The notes beneath the pieces are model-generated. The model searched no databases, was not told where the DNA came from, and worked only from the letters and a program-made list of their open reading frames with translations. Positions 7,470 through 15,505 of a DNA stretch of 40,594 nt are shown here, in pieces. Numbering within the stretch: position 1 is the first letter of the stretch; the number at the start of each line of letters is the position of its first letter. Origin of the DNA: Minisyncoccia bacterium (GTDB taxonomy: Bacteria > Patescibacteriota > Minisyncoccia > UBA6257 > HR35). A program made the translations under genes and the position numbers. The stretch spans positions 1 through 40,594 of the forward strand of contig JBMFMO010000001.1 of the NCBI GenBank assembly GCA_049970635.1. Reading direction: 5' to 3'.

Positions 7470-7625
7470 TTAAATTACCTTCCTATCTTTCCTAATTCTT
7501 CTTTGCCACTTCAATGGATTTATTATTTTTTTATTTTTCCATAAACCAGCAGCTTTTTCCCAAATTTTCCAATTTTTCTTCAAAACCAATCTTTTTTCTT
7601 TTTTTATTTCTACTATTTTAGTCAT
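7470..7625 (-). CDS. Hypothetical small basic protein (51 aa), not in the ORF track
   Basis: Hand translation: MTKIVEIKKEKRLVLKKNWKIWEKAAGLWKNKKIINPLKWQRRIRKDRKVI. It lies downstream of the GC-rich island. No family was recognised. Confidence 0.3.
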   Translation of the reverse strand: MTKIVEIKKEKRLVLKKNWKIWEKAAGLWKNKKIINPLKWQRRIRKDRKVI

Positions 7626-7647
7626 AGTTTAATTACAACATAAATTA

Positions 7648-7733
7648 GCCTGCCTGCCCTCCCTGCCCTGCCTGACGGCAAGGCAGGGAGCGGGCCTGCC
7701 TCGCCTGGTCAAGGCAGGCAAACTTGCTTTGCC
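7648..7733. repeat. GC-rich island built from GCCTGCC/GGCAGGC words; three potential hairpins
   Basis: Hairpins: CCCTGCC (7666-7672)/GGCAGGG (7682-7688); GCCTGCC (7694-7700)/GGCAGGC (7713-7719); GGCAAA (7717-7722)/TTTGCC (7728-7733). Composition contrasts sharply with the AT-rich flanks. Confidence 0.7.
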
Positions 7734-7748
7734 AAAACCGAATAGAAT

Positions 7749-7823
7749 ATCCGCGTTCATCCGCGGTTTTTATTAGAGATCAGCGTATATCCGCGGCTGA
7801 AAATATATCCGCGTTAATCAGCG
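7749..7823 (-). repeat. Phased word array: ATCCGCG/ATCAGCG x6 (reverse complement of CGCGGAT/CGCTGAT)
   Basis: Word starts at 7749, 7759, 7779, 7789, 7807, 7817 (spacing 10, 20, 10, 18, 10). The array ends 1 nt from the dnaJ stop. Confidence 0.85.
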
Positions 7824-7824
7824 G

Positions 7825-8853
7825 TTATTGTTTTTCTATTTCTTCTTTGATTTTTTTTAGTAGTTCTTTGATTTTTGGAGTTAATTTTTTGATTGGTTTT
7901 ATATTTACTTTAATTATTAAATCTCCTCCATGTATACCATATCCAGGTATTCTTATATAATCTTCAGTAAAGTTTTCAGGAATTTTTACATTAATATCTT
8001 TGCCAAAAAAGTTTATCTTTAAATCTTTCCCCAATATTGCATCAATTATATTTAAATCTATAGATGTTATAATATCCCTTCCTTTTACATCATATTTTGG
8101 ATGTTTTTGTATATTTATTCTTATCAAAAGATCTCCGCTCTTTTTTGTTTTTGGATTTTGGTCACCCAAGCCTGCTATTCTTATAATTTCATATGGATTA
8201 AAGTTTTTGGGCAAATTTATCTTTACAACCTCATCTTTTATAATATATCCTCTTCCTTGGCAATTTTTACATACTTTTTCAGGAATTTTTCCTGTTCCAT
8301 TACAATTTCTACAAATTTTGCTAGTTTCAAAGATAAATCCTGTAAAGAAGCTTGATTTTGATCTTATTTTTCCATAACCATTACAAATAGGACATTTTAT
8401 TAATCTTTTAGTTTCGCTTCCTGTTCCATCACAATTTGGGCATATAACTTTTCTCTTAAAATTTATAACCTTTTCTATTCCATTTAAAATTTCTGGAATT
8501 GTAACATCAATATCTAAAATAATATCCTTACTTTTTTCTTCAGGATAAAAAGAAAAAAAATCCTCTAATAAATCAGATAGTAAATCATCAAAATCTTGTC
8601 TTCTAAAAAAGCTTTCCAAATCTTCAAATCCAAATCCAGGAAACTCAAATCTTCCCATCTTTCTTTTCATATCATACTCTTGCCTTAATTTTTTATCTGA
8701 CAAAATTCTATATGCTTCTAAAATTTTTTTAAATTTTTCAGCATCTCCACCCATATCAGGATGGTATTTTTTAGCAAGCTCCCTAAACCTTTTCTTTATC
8801 TCTTCTTCAGATGCATTCTCTGGTACTCCTAATATTTGATAATAATCTTCCAT
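7825..8853 (-). CDS. dnaJ: Molecular chaperone DnaJ
   Basis: 342 aa. J domain with YHPD. Four CxxCxGxG zinc-finger repeats: [32 protein letters not shown]. Confidence 0.9.
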   Translation of the reverse strand: MEDYYQILGVPENASEEEIKKRFRELAKKYHPDMGGDAEKFKKILEAYRILSDKKLRQEYDMKRKMGRFEFPGFGFEDLESFFRRQDFDDLLSDLLEDFFSFYPEEKSKDIILDIDVTIPEILNGIEKVINFKRKVICPNCDGTGSETKRLIKCPICNGYGKIRSKSSFFTGFIFETSKICRNCNGTGKIPEKVCKNCQGRGYIIKDEVVKINLPKNFNPYEIIRIAGLGDQNPKTKKSGDLLIRINIQKHPKYDVKGRDIITSIDLNIIDAILGKDLKINFFGKDINVKIPENFTEDYIRIPGYGIHGGDLIIKVNIKPIKKLTPKIKELLKKIKEEIEKQ

Positions 8854-8854
8854 C

Positions 8855-9784
8855 TTATATTTTGATTAATTCTTTTTCTTTTGTTTCTTTTTCTATCTTA
8901 ATAATTTTTATTTTTAAAAATATAAGGTAAATAAGATAAGATAAGATTGAAATAAATATTCCTAAAAAGTAAAGTATTGATTGGGCTGTTAGAAAAACAA
9001 AAACTCCGAAGATAATCTTTGTCGCCATCTCTTTTTTCTTATCATTTTTCAATAATTGTGTTTGATTATATAGATATTCTGAAATTGCTGTTTTTAATGT
9101 TGAATCTTCATTTAGATTTAATGAAAATTTTTTGTTTAATTCATTTATATAAAGCTTAATTGCTAATTTTTTCCCTTCTTCATCTAAATTTGAGTTTAAA
9201 TTTTTTAAAATAATATCAGAAAGTTTATTATTTAAATAATCTTCCTTTGTAAAAAATGCAGATGCTTTTCCTATAAAACTAACAATATTTTCTATCTTCT
9301 CTTTTTCTAAACCACTTATATTAAAAACAAAAACAATGTAAGAGAACAAAATTAATAAAATTATTAAAGAATAAAAATTCCATATTGTTCTAAAATAATT
9401 TGTCCATTTTATCCTCAATGAATTCTTATAATCTTCTATTAGATAAATTATAGCAATTGAATTTAAAATTAAAAATGAAACCAATGAAGAAATTATAAAA
9501 TTTAGATTAAGTTTATAAATAAAGCTATATAAAATAGATGATTCTAATAAAAGAAGGATTAGGATCTGAACAAAATTAAAGTTTAGAAAAGAGACAAGAG
9601 AAAGGTTTAAAAATAAGATAAAAATAAAAAATGATAAGATAAAATTTTTGAGATTAAAAACTGGTTGTTTTAAAACCAAAAACAAAAAAGAGAAGAAAAG
9701 TATTAATATGATAATTAAAAATAAAGAATAAAATTTTCTTTCTGTTCTATAGATCTTTGAAATATCTTCTAATCTTAAAACCAT
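8855..9784 (-). CDS. Hypothetical polytopic membrane protein inserted between dnaK and dnaJ
   Basis: 309 aa with several long hydrophobic segments. It is tightly packed, with no gap to dnaK and a 1-nt gap to dnaJ. No family was recognised. Confidence 0.5.
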   Translation of the reverse strand: MVLRLEDISKIYRTERKFYSLFLIIILILFFSFLFLVLKQPVFNLKNFILSFFIFILFLNLSLVSFLNFNFVQILILLLLESSILYSFIYKLNLNFIISSLVSFLILNSIAIIYLIEDYKNSLRIKWTNYFRTIWNFYSLIILLILFSYIVFVFNISGLEKEKIENIVSFIGKASAFFTKEDYLNNKLSDIILKNLNSNLDEEGKKLAIKLYINELNKKFSLNLNEDSTLKTAISEYLYNQTQLLKNDKKKEMATKIIFGVFVFLTAQSILYFLGIFISILSYLIYLIFLKIKIIKIEKETKEKELIKI

Positions 9785-11599
9785 TTATGTTTGTTGTTGT
9801 CCATAAAATTGTTGACCTATTTGTGAAATGATTGATGAAAGTTCTTTTATTTTATTATCAATCTCATCAGGATCATTGCTTCTATTTTTTATATCTTCTA
9901 ATTCCTTAATCTTATCTTCAATTGTCTTAACTAAATCTTCCGATATTTTATCTTTATAATCATTTAATATCTTTCTTGTCTGATAAATAATATTATCTGC
10001 CTGATTTTTTGCTTCTGCCAATCTTCTTTTTCTTAAATCTTCTTCTGCATGCATTTCTGCTTCTTTTTTCATCCTTTCTATCTCTTCTTTTGAAAGATTT
10101 GTTGATCCCTCAATTCTCACAGATTGTGTTTTACCAGTTGCCTTATCTTTTGCAGTAACAGTTAATATTCCATTAACATCAATATCAAATGTAACTTCAA
10201 TCTGTGGAACTCCTCTTGGAGCTGGTGGTATTCCATCTAAAATAAATCTTGCTAGTGTTTTATTATCATCTGCTATTGGTCTTTCTCCTTGGACAACATG
10301 AATTTCTACTGATGTTTGGTTATCTGCTGCAGTTGTAAATATTTCTGTCTTAGAATATGGGATCGGTGTATTTTTAGGAATCATAGGGTGAGCAATATTT
10401 CCTAATGTTTCAATAGATAATGTTAATGGTGTTACATCTAAAAGCAAAACTTCTCTAACCTCTCCTTGTAATATTCCTGCTTGAATTGCTGCTCCTATTG
10501 CTACAACTTCATCTGGGTTTATATCTTTTCTTGGTTCTTTTCCAAAATAATCTTTCACCATTTTTTGAATTAATGGCATTCTTGTTTGTCCTCCAACTAA
10601 AATGATCTCATCAATATCTTTTGGTGTTAATCCTATCTCTTTCAAAGTTTTATCAACTATCTCCATTGATCTTTCTACAAAATGTTTTGTTAAATTTTCT
10701 AATTGTGCTCTTGTAAGTTTAAAGTATAAATGCTTTGGCTGGCCTTCATAAGAAGTTATAAATGGAAGATTAATTTCTGTTTCATATAAAGTAGAAAGTT
10801 CTTGTTTTGCTTTTTCTGCTGCTTCTTTTAATCTTTGTAATGCTAAAGGATCTTTGCTTAAATCTATTCCTTCTTGTTTTTTATATTCTTCTATTAAAAA
10901 TTTAATAATCTCTTGATCAAAATCGTCTCCACCCAAAAATGTATCTCCACCTATCCCTTTTGTTTCTATAACATTATCTCCTATTTCTAAAACAGATACA
11001 TCAAATGTTCCGCCACCAAAATCATAAACTAAAATTTTTTGATTAACATTTTTATCTAATCCATATGCTAATGCTGCTGCTGTTGGCTCTGGTAATATTC
11101 TTCTAACATTAAATCCTGCTATTTCTCCTGCTGCTTTTGTTGCTGCTCTTTGTGAATCATTAAAATATGCTGGTACTGTTATAACTGCATCTGTTATTTT
11201 TTCTCCCAATTTTTGTTCAACATCTAATTTTATCTTTTGTAAAATCATAGCAGAAATTTCTTCTGGCCTATACCATTTATCTCCCATCTTAACTTCAACT
11301 CCTCCATTTGCAGATTCTCTTATTTCATATGGCAAAATTTTTTTAGCTTTTTGAACTTCTTCATCACTATATCTTCTACCAATCAATCTTTTTATAGAAA
11401 ATATTGTATTTTGAGGATTTGTTATAGCTTGTCTTTTTGCTAAAATCCCAACAATTCTTTCACCAGATTTTGAAATAGCAACAACAGAAGGAGTTAATCT
11501 CCCTCCTTCAGGATTTTCAATAACACGGGGAGTTCCAGCTTCAACAATCGCAGCAACTGAATTTGTTGTTCCTAAATCTATTCCTAAAATCTTTTGCAT
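9785..11599 (-). CDS. dnaK: Molecular chaperone DnaK (Hsp70)
   Basis: 604 aa. [19 protein letters not shown], and a full substrate-binding domain and lid. Confidence 0.95.
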   Translation of the reverse strand: MQKILGIDLGTTNSVAAIVEAGTPRVIENPEGGRLTPSVVAISKSGERIVGILAKRQAITNPQNTIFSIKRLIGRRYSDEEVQKAKKILPYEIRESANGGVEVKMGDKWYRPEEISAMILQKIKLDVEQKLGEKITDAVITVPAYFNDSQRAATKAAGEIAGFNVRRILPEPTAAALAYGLDKNVNQKILVYDFGGGTFDVSVLEIGDNVIETKGIGGDTFLGGDDFDQEIIKFLIEEYKKQEGIDLSKDPLALQRLKEAAEKAKQELSTLYETEINLPFITSYEGQPKHLYFKLTRAQLENLTKHFVERSMEIVDKTLKEIGLTPKDIDEIILVGGQTRMPLIQKMVKDYFGKEPRKDINPDEVVAIGAAIQAGILQGEVREVLLLDVTPLTLSIETLGNIAHPMIPKNTPIPYSKTEIFTTAADNQTSVEIHVVQGERPIADDNKTLARFILDGIPPAPRGVPQIEVTFDIDVNGILTVTAKDKATGKTQSVRIEGSTNLSKEEIERMKKEAEMHAEEDLRKRRLAEAKNQADNIIYQTRKILNDYKDKISEDLVKTIEDKIKELEDIKNRSNDPDEIDNKIKELSSIISQIGQQFYGQQQT

Positions 11600-11617
11600 T
11601 TTATTATTAATAATTAT

Positions 11618-11872
11618 TTAATTAATGTTAAAAAATTCTTTTAAATAATAATTATTTAATATTTCCTTATAATGGGATTGTTGGGAAATTTTTCTGTTAA
11701 CAGGAGATAAAAATTTTTTGAAGATAAAAATTTTGTTTAACAAAAAATTGTTATCCTTATAGGCTAAAAATCCCTTTATTTTCCTATATTTTTCAACATT
11801 ACAAAACCTTTCTTCAAAATTTTTTATTCTTCTATTTGTTGTTCCTAAACCTATTCCTAAAATCTTTTGCAT
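11618..11872 (-). pseudogene. Duplicated dnaK 5' end (first 13 codons) fused to an 84-codon open frame spanning an AT-rich insert
   Basis: 11834-11872 matches 11561-11599 at 38/39 nt. The ATG at 11872 sits 1 nt after the grpE stop. The frame stays open to 11618, 19 nt before the real dnaK ATG. Confidence 0.6.
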
Positions 11873-11873
11873 C

Positions 11874-12386
11874 TTAATGAACAATTACTTTTACTTTTGC
11901 TGGTCTTAATAATTGATCATTTAATTTATATCCTTTAGCCAAAACTTCTATTATTAAATTATCATCACTTTTATCGCAATTTTCTTTATCGCATTTTTTT
12001 GTTGAAATAGCTTCATGAAACTTTGGATCAAATTTTTCTCCCTTTGGATCTATAACTTCTAATCCATATCTTTTTAAAATCCCCCAAATTTGTGCTTGTA
12101 TCATATAATATCCTTTTCCTAAATTTTTTTCCTTTTCATCATCACTTAAAGAATTTGTAGCCAAATCTAAACTATCCAAAACTGGCAATAATTCTAAAAT
12201 CAATCCAGCATTTGCAAAATATATTATATTTTTCATCTTTTCCTCAGCCTCTTTTTGATAATTTAAATGTTCAACCTTCATCTTTTTTAAATTAGCAATC
12301 AAATCCTCATTTTCTTTCTTTAATTTTTCAATTGTCTCTTGCAATTCTTTTACTGTTTCGTCTTCTGTTGGTAATTTTTCATCCAT
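11874..12386 (-). CDS. grpE: Nucleotide exchange factor GrpE
   Basis: 170 aa. An N-terminal coiled-coil is followed by a C-terminal beta domain (FDPKFHEAIS...RPAKVKV). Confidence 0.85.
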   Translation of the reverse strand: MDEKLPTEDETVKELQETIEKLKKENEDLIANLKKMKVEHLNYQKEAEEKMKNIIYFANAGLILELLPVLDSLDLATNSLSDDEKEKNLGKGYYMIQAQIWGILKRYGLEVIDPKGEKFDPKFHEAISTKKCDKENCDKSDDNLIIEVLAKGYKLNDQLLRPAKVKVIVH

Positions 12387-13032
12387 TTTTAATTAAATAA
12401 TTTAATAATCCATATAATTTTGGGTAATCCAATCTTTTTAATGTTATAACTAATATTTTGTTATCTCCATAATTCCCAATAACCATAGAAAAGTTTTTAT
12501 ATCTCTTAAATGGGATTTCACTTCCTATAAATATTTTCAACTCATCCCTAAAACTATCAAAGATTTCTATATTTTCTTTTACATCCTTTAATAAGCCAGC
12601 AAATTCTCTTGTTATATTTATATCCCAAAATTCACGATTTCGAAATAAGTTTTCTAATCCCATTTCATATAAACTTTTCTTTCTTTTAAGTATACAATAA
12701 CATTTAAATTCTTCTGAGATACCATCAATTATATCAAACAAATCATTTATCTTATTGAAGAAATCATCATAATTGTACTCATTAATTTTATCAATATTTT
12801 TTTCAAGATAGAATCTCCATCCAAGATCAGTTGGAATTCTGCCAACAGAAAACTTAATATTTTCTAACAATCTTTCCAAAACAAGATCAGAAAGGTATAA
12901 TCTTATTGTTGAATCTGCTAAATTCTTAAAATATCTTCTCTTTAATATTTTAGACCCAACAGGTTTTGCTGTTTTTATATATGTTTTTACTAATTTATCA
13001 AAAACTTTTTCTTTTAATTCTTCTGAATTCAT
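12379..13032 (-). CDS. hrcA: Heat-inducible transcription repressor HrcA, short form
   Basis: 217 aa. N-terminal winged-helix with KPVGSK..STIRLYLSDL..VGRIPTDLGWRFY. It is shorter than typical HrcA proteins. Confidence 0.7.
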   Translation of the reverse strand: MNSEELKEKVFDKLVKTYIKTAKPVGSKILKRRYFKNLADSTIRLYLSDLVLERLLENIKFSVGRIPTDLGWRFYLEKNIDKINEYNYDDFFNKINDLFDIIDGISEEFKCYCILKRKKSLYEMGLENLFRNREFWDINITREFAGLLKDVKENIEIFDSFRDELKIFIGSEIPFKRYKNFSMVIGNYGDNKILVITLKRLDYPKLYGLLNYLIKNG

Positions 13033-13442
13033 TCTATCTTAACCTCCTTCCCTTCTTTTTTAATCTCAGGCTTTGGAAATACTACTTTTAATACACCATC
13101 TTCTAATTTTGCCTTTCCTTTTTCAGGATCAACCTCATATGGTAATGCAATAACTCTTCTAAACTCACCTTTTCTTATCTCTTTCCTATAATAATTCTTC
13201 TCTTTAACTTCTTTCTCTTCTGATTTTTTTCCTTCAACAATTAATCTATCTTCTTCAATTCTAATCTTAATATCATCCTTTTTCATTCCAGGAACTCCAA
13301 CCTCAACAATCAATTCTTTATCTGTTTCATAAATATCGACTGGCAAATGTTGCAAAGAAAATGTTGGAACTAATGCAGGGAAAAATTCTTCTGAGAAAAA
13401 TCTCTCTAAATCTTTAAAAGGATCCCATTTGATTATCTCCAT
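13029..13442 (-). CDS. Hsp20/alpha-crystallin small heat-shock protein
   Basis: 137 aa. Alpha-crystallin core: PVDIYETDKELIVEVGVPGMKKDDIKI ... DGVLKVVFPK. ATGA overlap with hrcA. Confidence 0.9.
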   Translation of the reverse strand: MEIIKWDPFKDLERFFSEEFFPALVPTFSLQHLPVDIYETDKELIVEVGVPGMKKDDIKIRIEEDRLIVEGKKSEEKEVKEKNYYRKEIRKGEFRRVIALPYEVDPEKGKAKLEDGVLKVVFPKPEIKKEGKEVKIE

Positions 13443-13478
13443 TTTTATCTATTAAAATTAATTCCGACCTATATAATC

Positions 13479-13507
13479 ATTATAACAAATTGTCACCCTC
13501 TTGTCAA
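13479..13507 (-). promoter_or_regulatory. Consensus sigma70 promoter TTGACA-17-TGtTATAAT for the hsp20-hrcA-grpE-dnaK operon
   Basis: The minus strand reads TTGACA (13507-13502), 17 nt, TATAAT (13484-13479), with TG at the extended -10 position. Confidence 0.7.
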
Positions 13508-13516
13508 GGGTGCTAA
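13490..13516 (-). promoter_or_regulatory. CIRCE-like HrcA operator TTAGCACCC-N9-GGGTGACAA
   Basis: Compare the CIRCE consensus TTAGCACTC-N9-GAGTGCTAA. The arms pair at 7 of 9 positions. The -35 hexamer lies inside the N9 spacer. The operator overlaps the stop codon of the upstream 402-aa gene. Confidence 0.7.
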
Positions 13517-14721
13517 GGTCCTCCTAAAATTGATTTTAATAAAGATACTACACCTGTTATTACAAGAAGCAAGAAATATCCTATTACAGCCCATTTTATA
13601 ATCTCATTTCCCTTTTTAATTTGCTCAGACACAGGAGTGAAGAGATACAATAATCCTCCTATTATAAGTAAGATAGAGAAGATATACGGTGCTAATTTAA
13701 ATAAAAAATCTTTTACAGCCTTAAATATATCTTCTGGTCCTATCTCTGAAAATTCTTTTCCAAAAAATCCTGTAGGTTTTACAGCAATAGGAATTTCAGT
13801 TGTTGCAGTCCAAATTCTTCCACCATATTCTGTTATTGAAAGATTACCAACGTTTTTTGCAGCGTCTTGGGTTATTTTTGTTATACTTGCACCTCCTGAA
13901 TCCCAGAAATTACATTTTGTAGCAATAGATCTTATAGCAGCATAAATGCGGTTTATATTATTAGAAACATCTATATTAAGTTTATTTAATAATTCTTTAT
14001 TTGAAAAATCATCAAAATCATAATAACAGATAGCATTGTATTTACTTATTCCAGGAATTCCATTTAAGCACTTTTGTGGCTGGAGTAATCCAAATAGTTT
14101 TTGTTCTGTAAGTACATTATTATTAAGAGATATTAAAGAGTTATTTAAATTTTCTAGAGCTGTTGTTATGGTTGGATCATTAGGATTTTTTATACTACAA
14201 TTATTCTCTGCTAAAAACTGCCCTAAATTATTTAAATTATTCTTTATTTTCTCGAGATTCTTATAAATTTTATTAATAGTTGTTACTAAGTTTTGTAAAA
14301 TCTGAACAGTATTTTTTATATCCGCAGCCCTTGAACTTAAGGCACTATAATAAGCATCATACTCGCTCTCACTTGGATTTCTTATTATCCTTTCTTTCCA
14401 TTCTCTTTCTTGATTATCTAATACAAAAATTAAATAACTTTCCCCTATTTGTAAAGAAAGGGGCCAAGGTATTTGATCGACATATTTATCAATATAATAC
14501 ATCGGTAGATTATTGGTGGTATACAAATGATTCCCTATAGTGCCACGCGGATTATCTAGTACAGAAAAGAATGTATTAATATTACCATTCCACTGAATAC
14601 GTGGTTTATTATCTATAATTGTAGAAAGGGTAATCTGAACTTTACTTATTGTTTCTTCTCCATAACAAAAGTTTATTGATGCTAAACTTATTAAAATTAT
14701 TAGTAAAATTATTTTTTTCAT
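13513..14721 (-). CDS. Secreted protein with a C-terminal TrbC/VirB2-like (T4SS-pilin-like) two-helix module
   Basis: 402 aa. Signal peptide MKKIILLIILISLASINFCYG. A ~310-aa N/S/T-rich ectodomain with several Cys. C-terminus is TM - SEQIKKGNEIIK loop - TM. Confidence 0.55.
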   Translation of the reverse strand: MKKIILLIILISLASINFCYGEETISKVQITLSTIIDNKPRIQWNGNINTFFSVLDNPRGTIGNHLYTTNNLPMYYIDKYVDQIPWPLSLQIGESYLIFVLDNQEREWKERIIRNPSESEYDAYYSALSSRAADIKNTVQILQNLVTTINKIYKNLEKIKNNLNNLGQFLAENNCSIKNPNDPTITTALENLNNSLISLNNNVLTEQKLFGLLQPQKCLNGIPGISKYNAICYYDFDDFSNKELLNKLNIDVSNNINRIYAAIRSIATKCNFWDSGGASITKITQDAAKNVGNLSITEYGGRIWTATTEIPIAVKPTGFFGKEFSEIGPEDIFKAVKDFLFKLAPYIFSILLIIGGLLYLFTPVSEQIKKGNEIIKWAVIGYFLLLVITGVVSLLKSILGGP

Positions 14722-15155
14722 TTTGTTAATTCTTCAATTAATTTTAATATTTCATCTGCTACAAAGATTATTATAAAACCTAAAAATGTATATAATAAAG
14801 CTTTTTTCCCTTTTTCAATTAATTCTTTTTTCATTGGAGAAAATATAAAAAATCCTGCTACAACAACTATCATTAAAACAAATATTATTGCTGAAAAATA
14901 TTTTAATGCATTTGTTACTTTTTCTACACAAGCAGTTATTTTACCAAGCGCAGTATCTTTGCCTTCTGCACATTTTGGTATAGCTGAAGGTGCTATTTGT
15001 TTATAAAAATATCCCCATGCTTCTGGTTTTAGAGGATTTAAATAATCTTGATTTTGTTGTCCATTTGGAGGATTTAAATAATCTTGATTTTGTTGTCCAA
15101 ATGTAAAAAATATAGGTATTAAAATTAAAGATAAAATAACTATTATCTTTTTCAT
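14718..15155 (-). CDS. TrbC/VirB2-like (T4SS-pilin-like) small membrane protein with a 12-aa tandem repeat
   Basis: 145 aa. Signal peptide, GQQNQDYLNP x2, then TM - MKKELIEKGKK loop - TM. ATGA overlaps on both sides. Confidence 0.55.
   Translation of the reverse strand: MKKIIVILSLILIPIFFTFGQQNQDYLNPPNGQQNQDYLNPLKPEAWGYFYKQIAPSAIPKCAEGKDTALGKITACVEKVTNALKYFSAIIFVLMIVVVAGFFIFSPMKKELIEKGKKALLYTFLGFIIIFVADEILKLIEELTK
15032..15103. repeat. 36-bp tandem repeat x2 inside the 145-aa gene
   Basis: Units 15032-15067 and 15068-15103 are identical at 34/36 nt. They are in frame and encode GQQNQDYLNP(P/L). Confidence 0.9.
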
Positions 15156-15505
15156 TGTGGTATATATAACTTTGGTTTAATAAAATCTAAAAATAAATCA
15201 AATATAATTCCTGCTGATAATAAAATTGCATAACCAATTGTTGCTGTAAATAAAATTTTTTTTCCTGTTTCCAAAGTTTTCATAGCTCCACCAAGCATCA
15301 TCATAATTGCTCCTACGATACCAAGAATAGATGCTAACCAAAAAGCTAAAATTAATATTGCTCTTATGGCCTTTTGAACTGTTGCTATAAAATCAGCCCA
15401 AGTACATTGACCCATTTCACAAGATGTTGTGACTATCGGAAATGGAGATGTTTGTGCAAAAACTATATTAGAAATTATTAAAATTATAAATATTAAATTT
15501 TTCAT
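15152..15505 (-). CDS. TrbC/VirB2-like (T4SS-pilin-like) small membrane protein
   Basis: 117 aa. Signal peptide ending VFAQ, a CxxxxxC pair, then TM - GGAMKTLETGKK loop - TM. This is the architecture of VirB2-type pilins. Confidence 0.6.
   Translation of the reverse strand: MKNLIFIILIISNIVFAQTSPFPIVTTSCEMGQCTWADFIATVQKAIRAILILAFWLASILGIVGAIMMMLGGAMKTLETGKKILFTATIGYAILLSAGIIFDLFLDFIKPKLYIPQ

Noticed and set aside
7648-7733. GC-rich island as an SRP (4.5S) RNA or a tRNA/rRNA fragment, because of CCTGGTCAAGGCAGG.
   Set aside because: It lacks the conserved SRP domain IV motifs (the GGAA-type tetraloop with its flanking symmetric and asymmetric loops) and any tRNA cloverleaf. The resemblance is limited to a few bases.
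7724-7960. 78-aa plus-strand ORF spanning the ATCCGCG array and the dnaJ 3' end.
   Set aside because: Its first half is translated word-array sequence and the rest is antisense to dnaJ. It has no start context and no recognisable fold signal.
11600-11833. The dnaK-upstream insert as a MITE or IS remnant.
   Set aside because: I could find no terminal inverted repeats and no transposase fragment. The 39-bp flanking repeat is far longer than transposon target-site duplications. I report it as an unexplained A-B-A structure instead.
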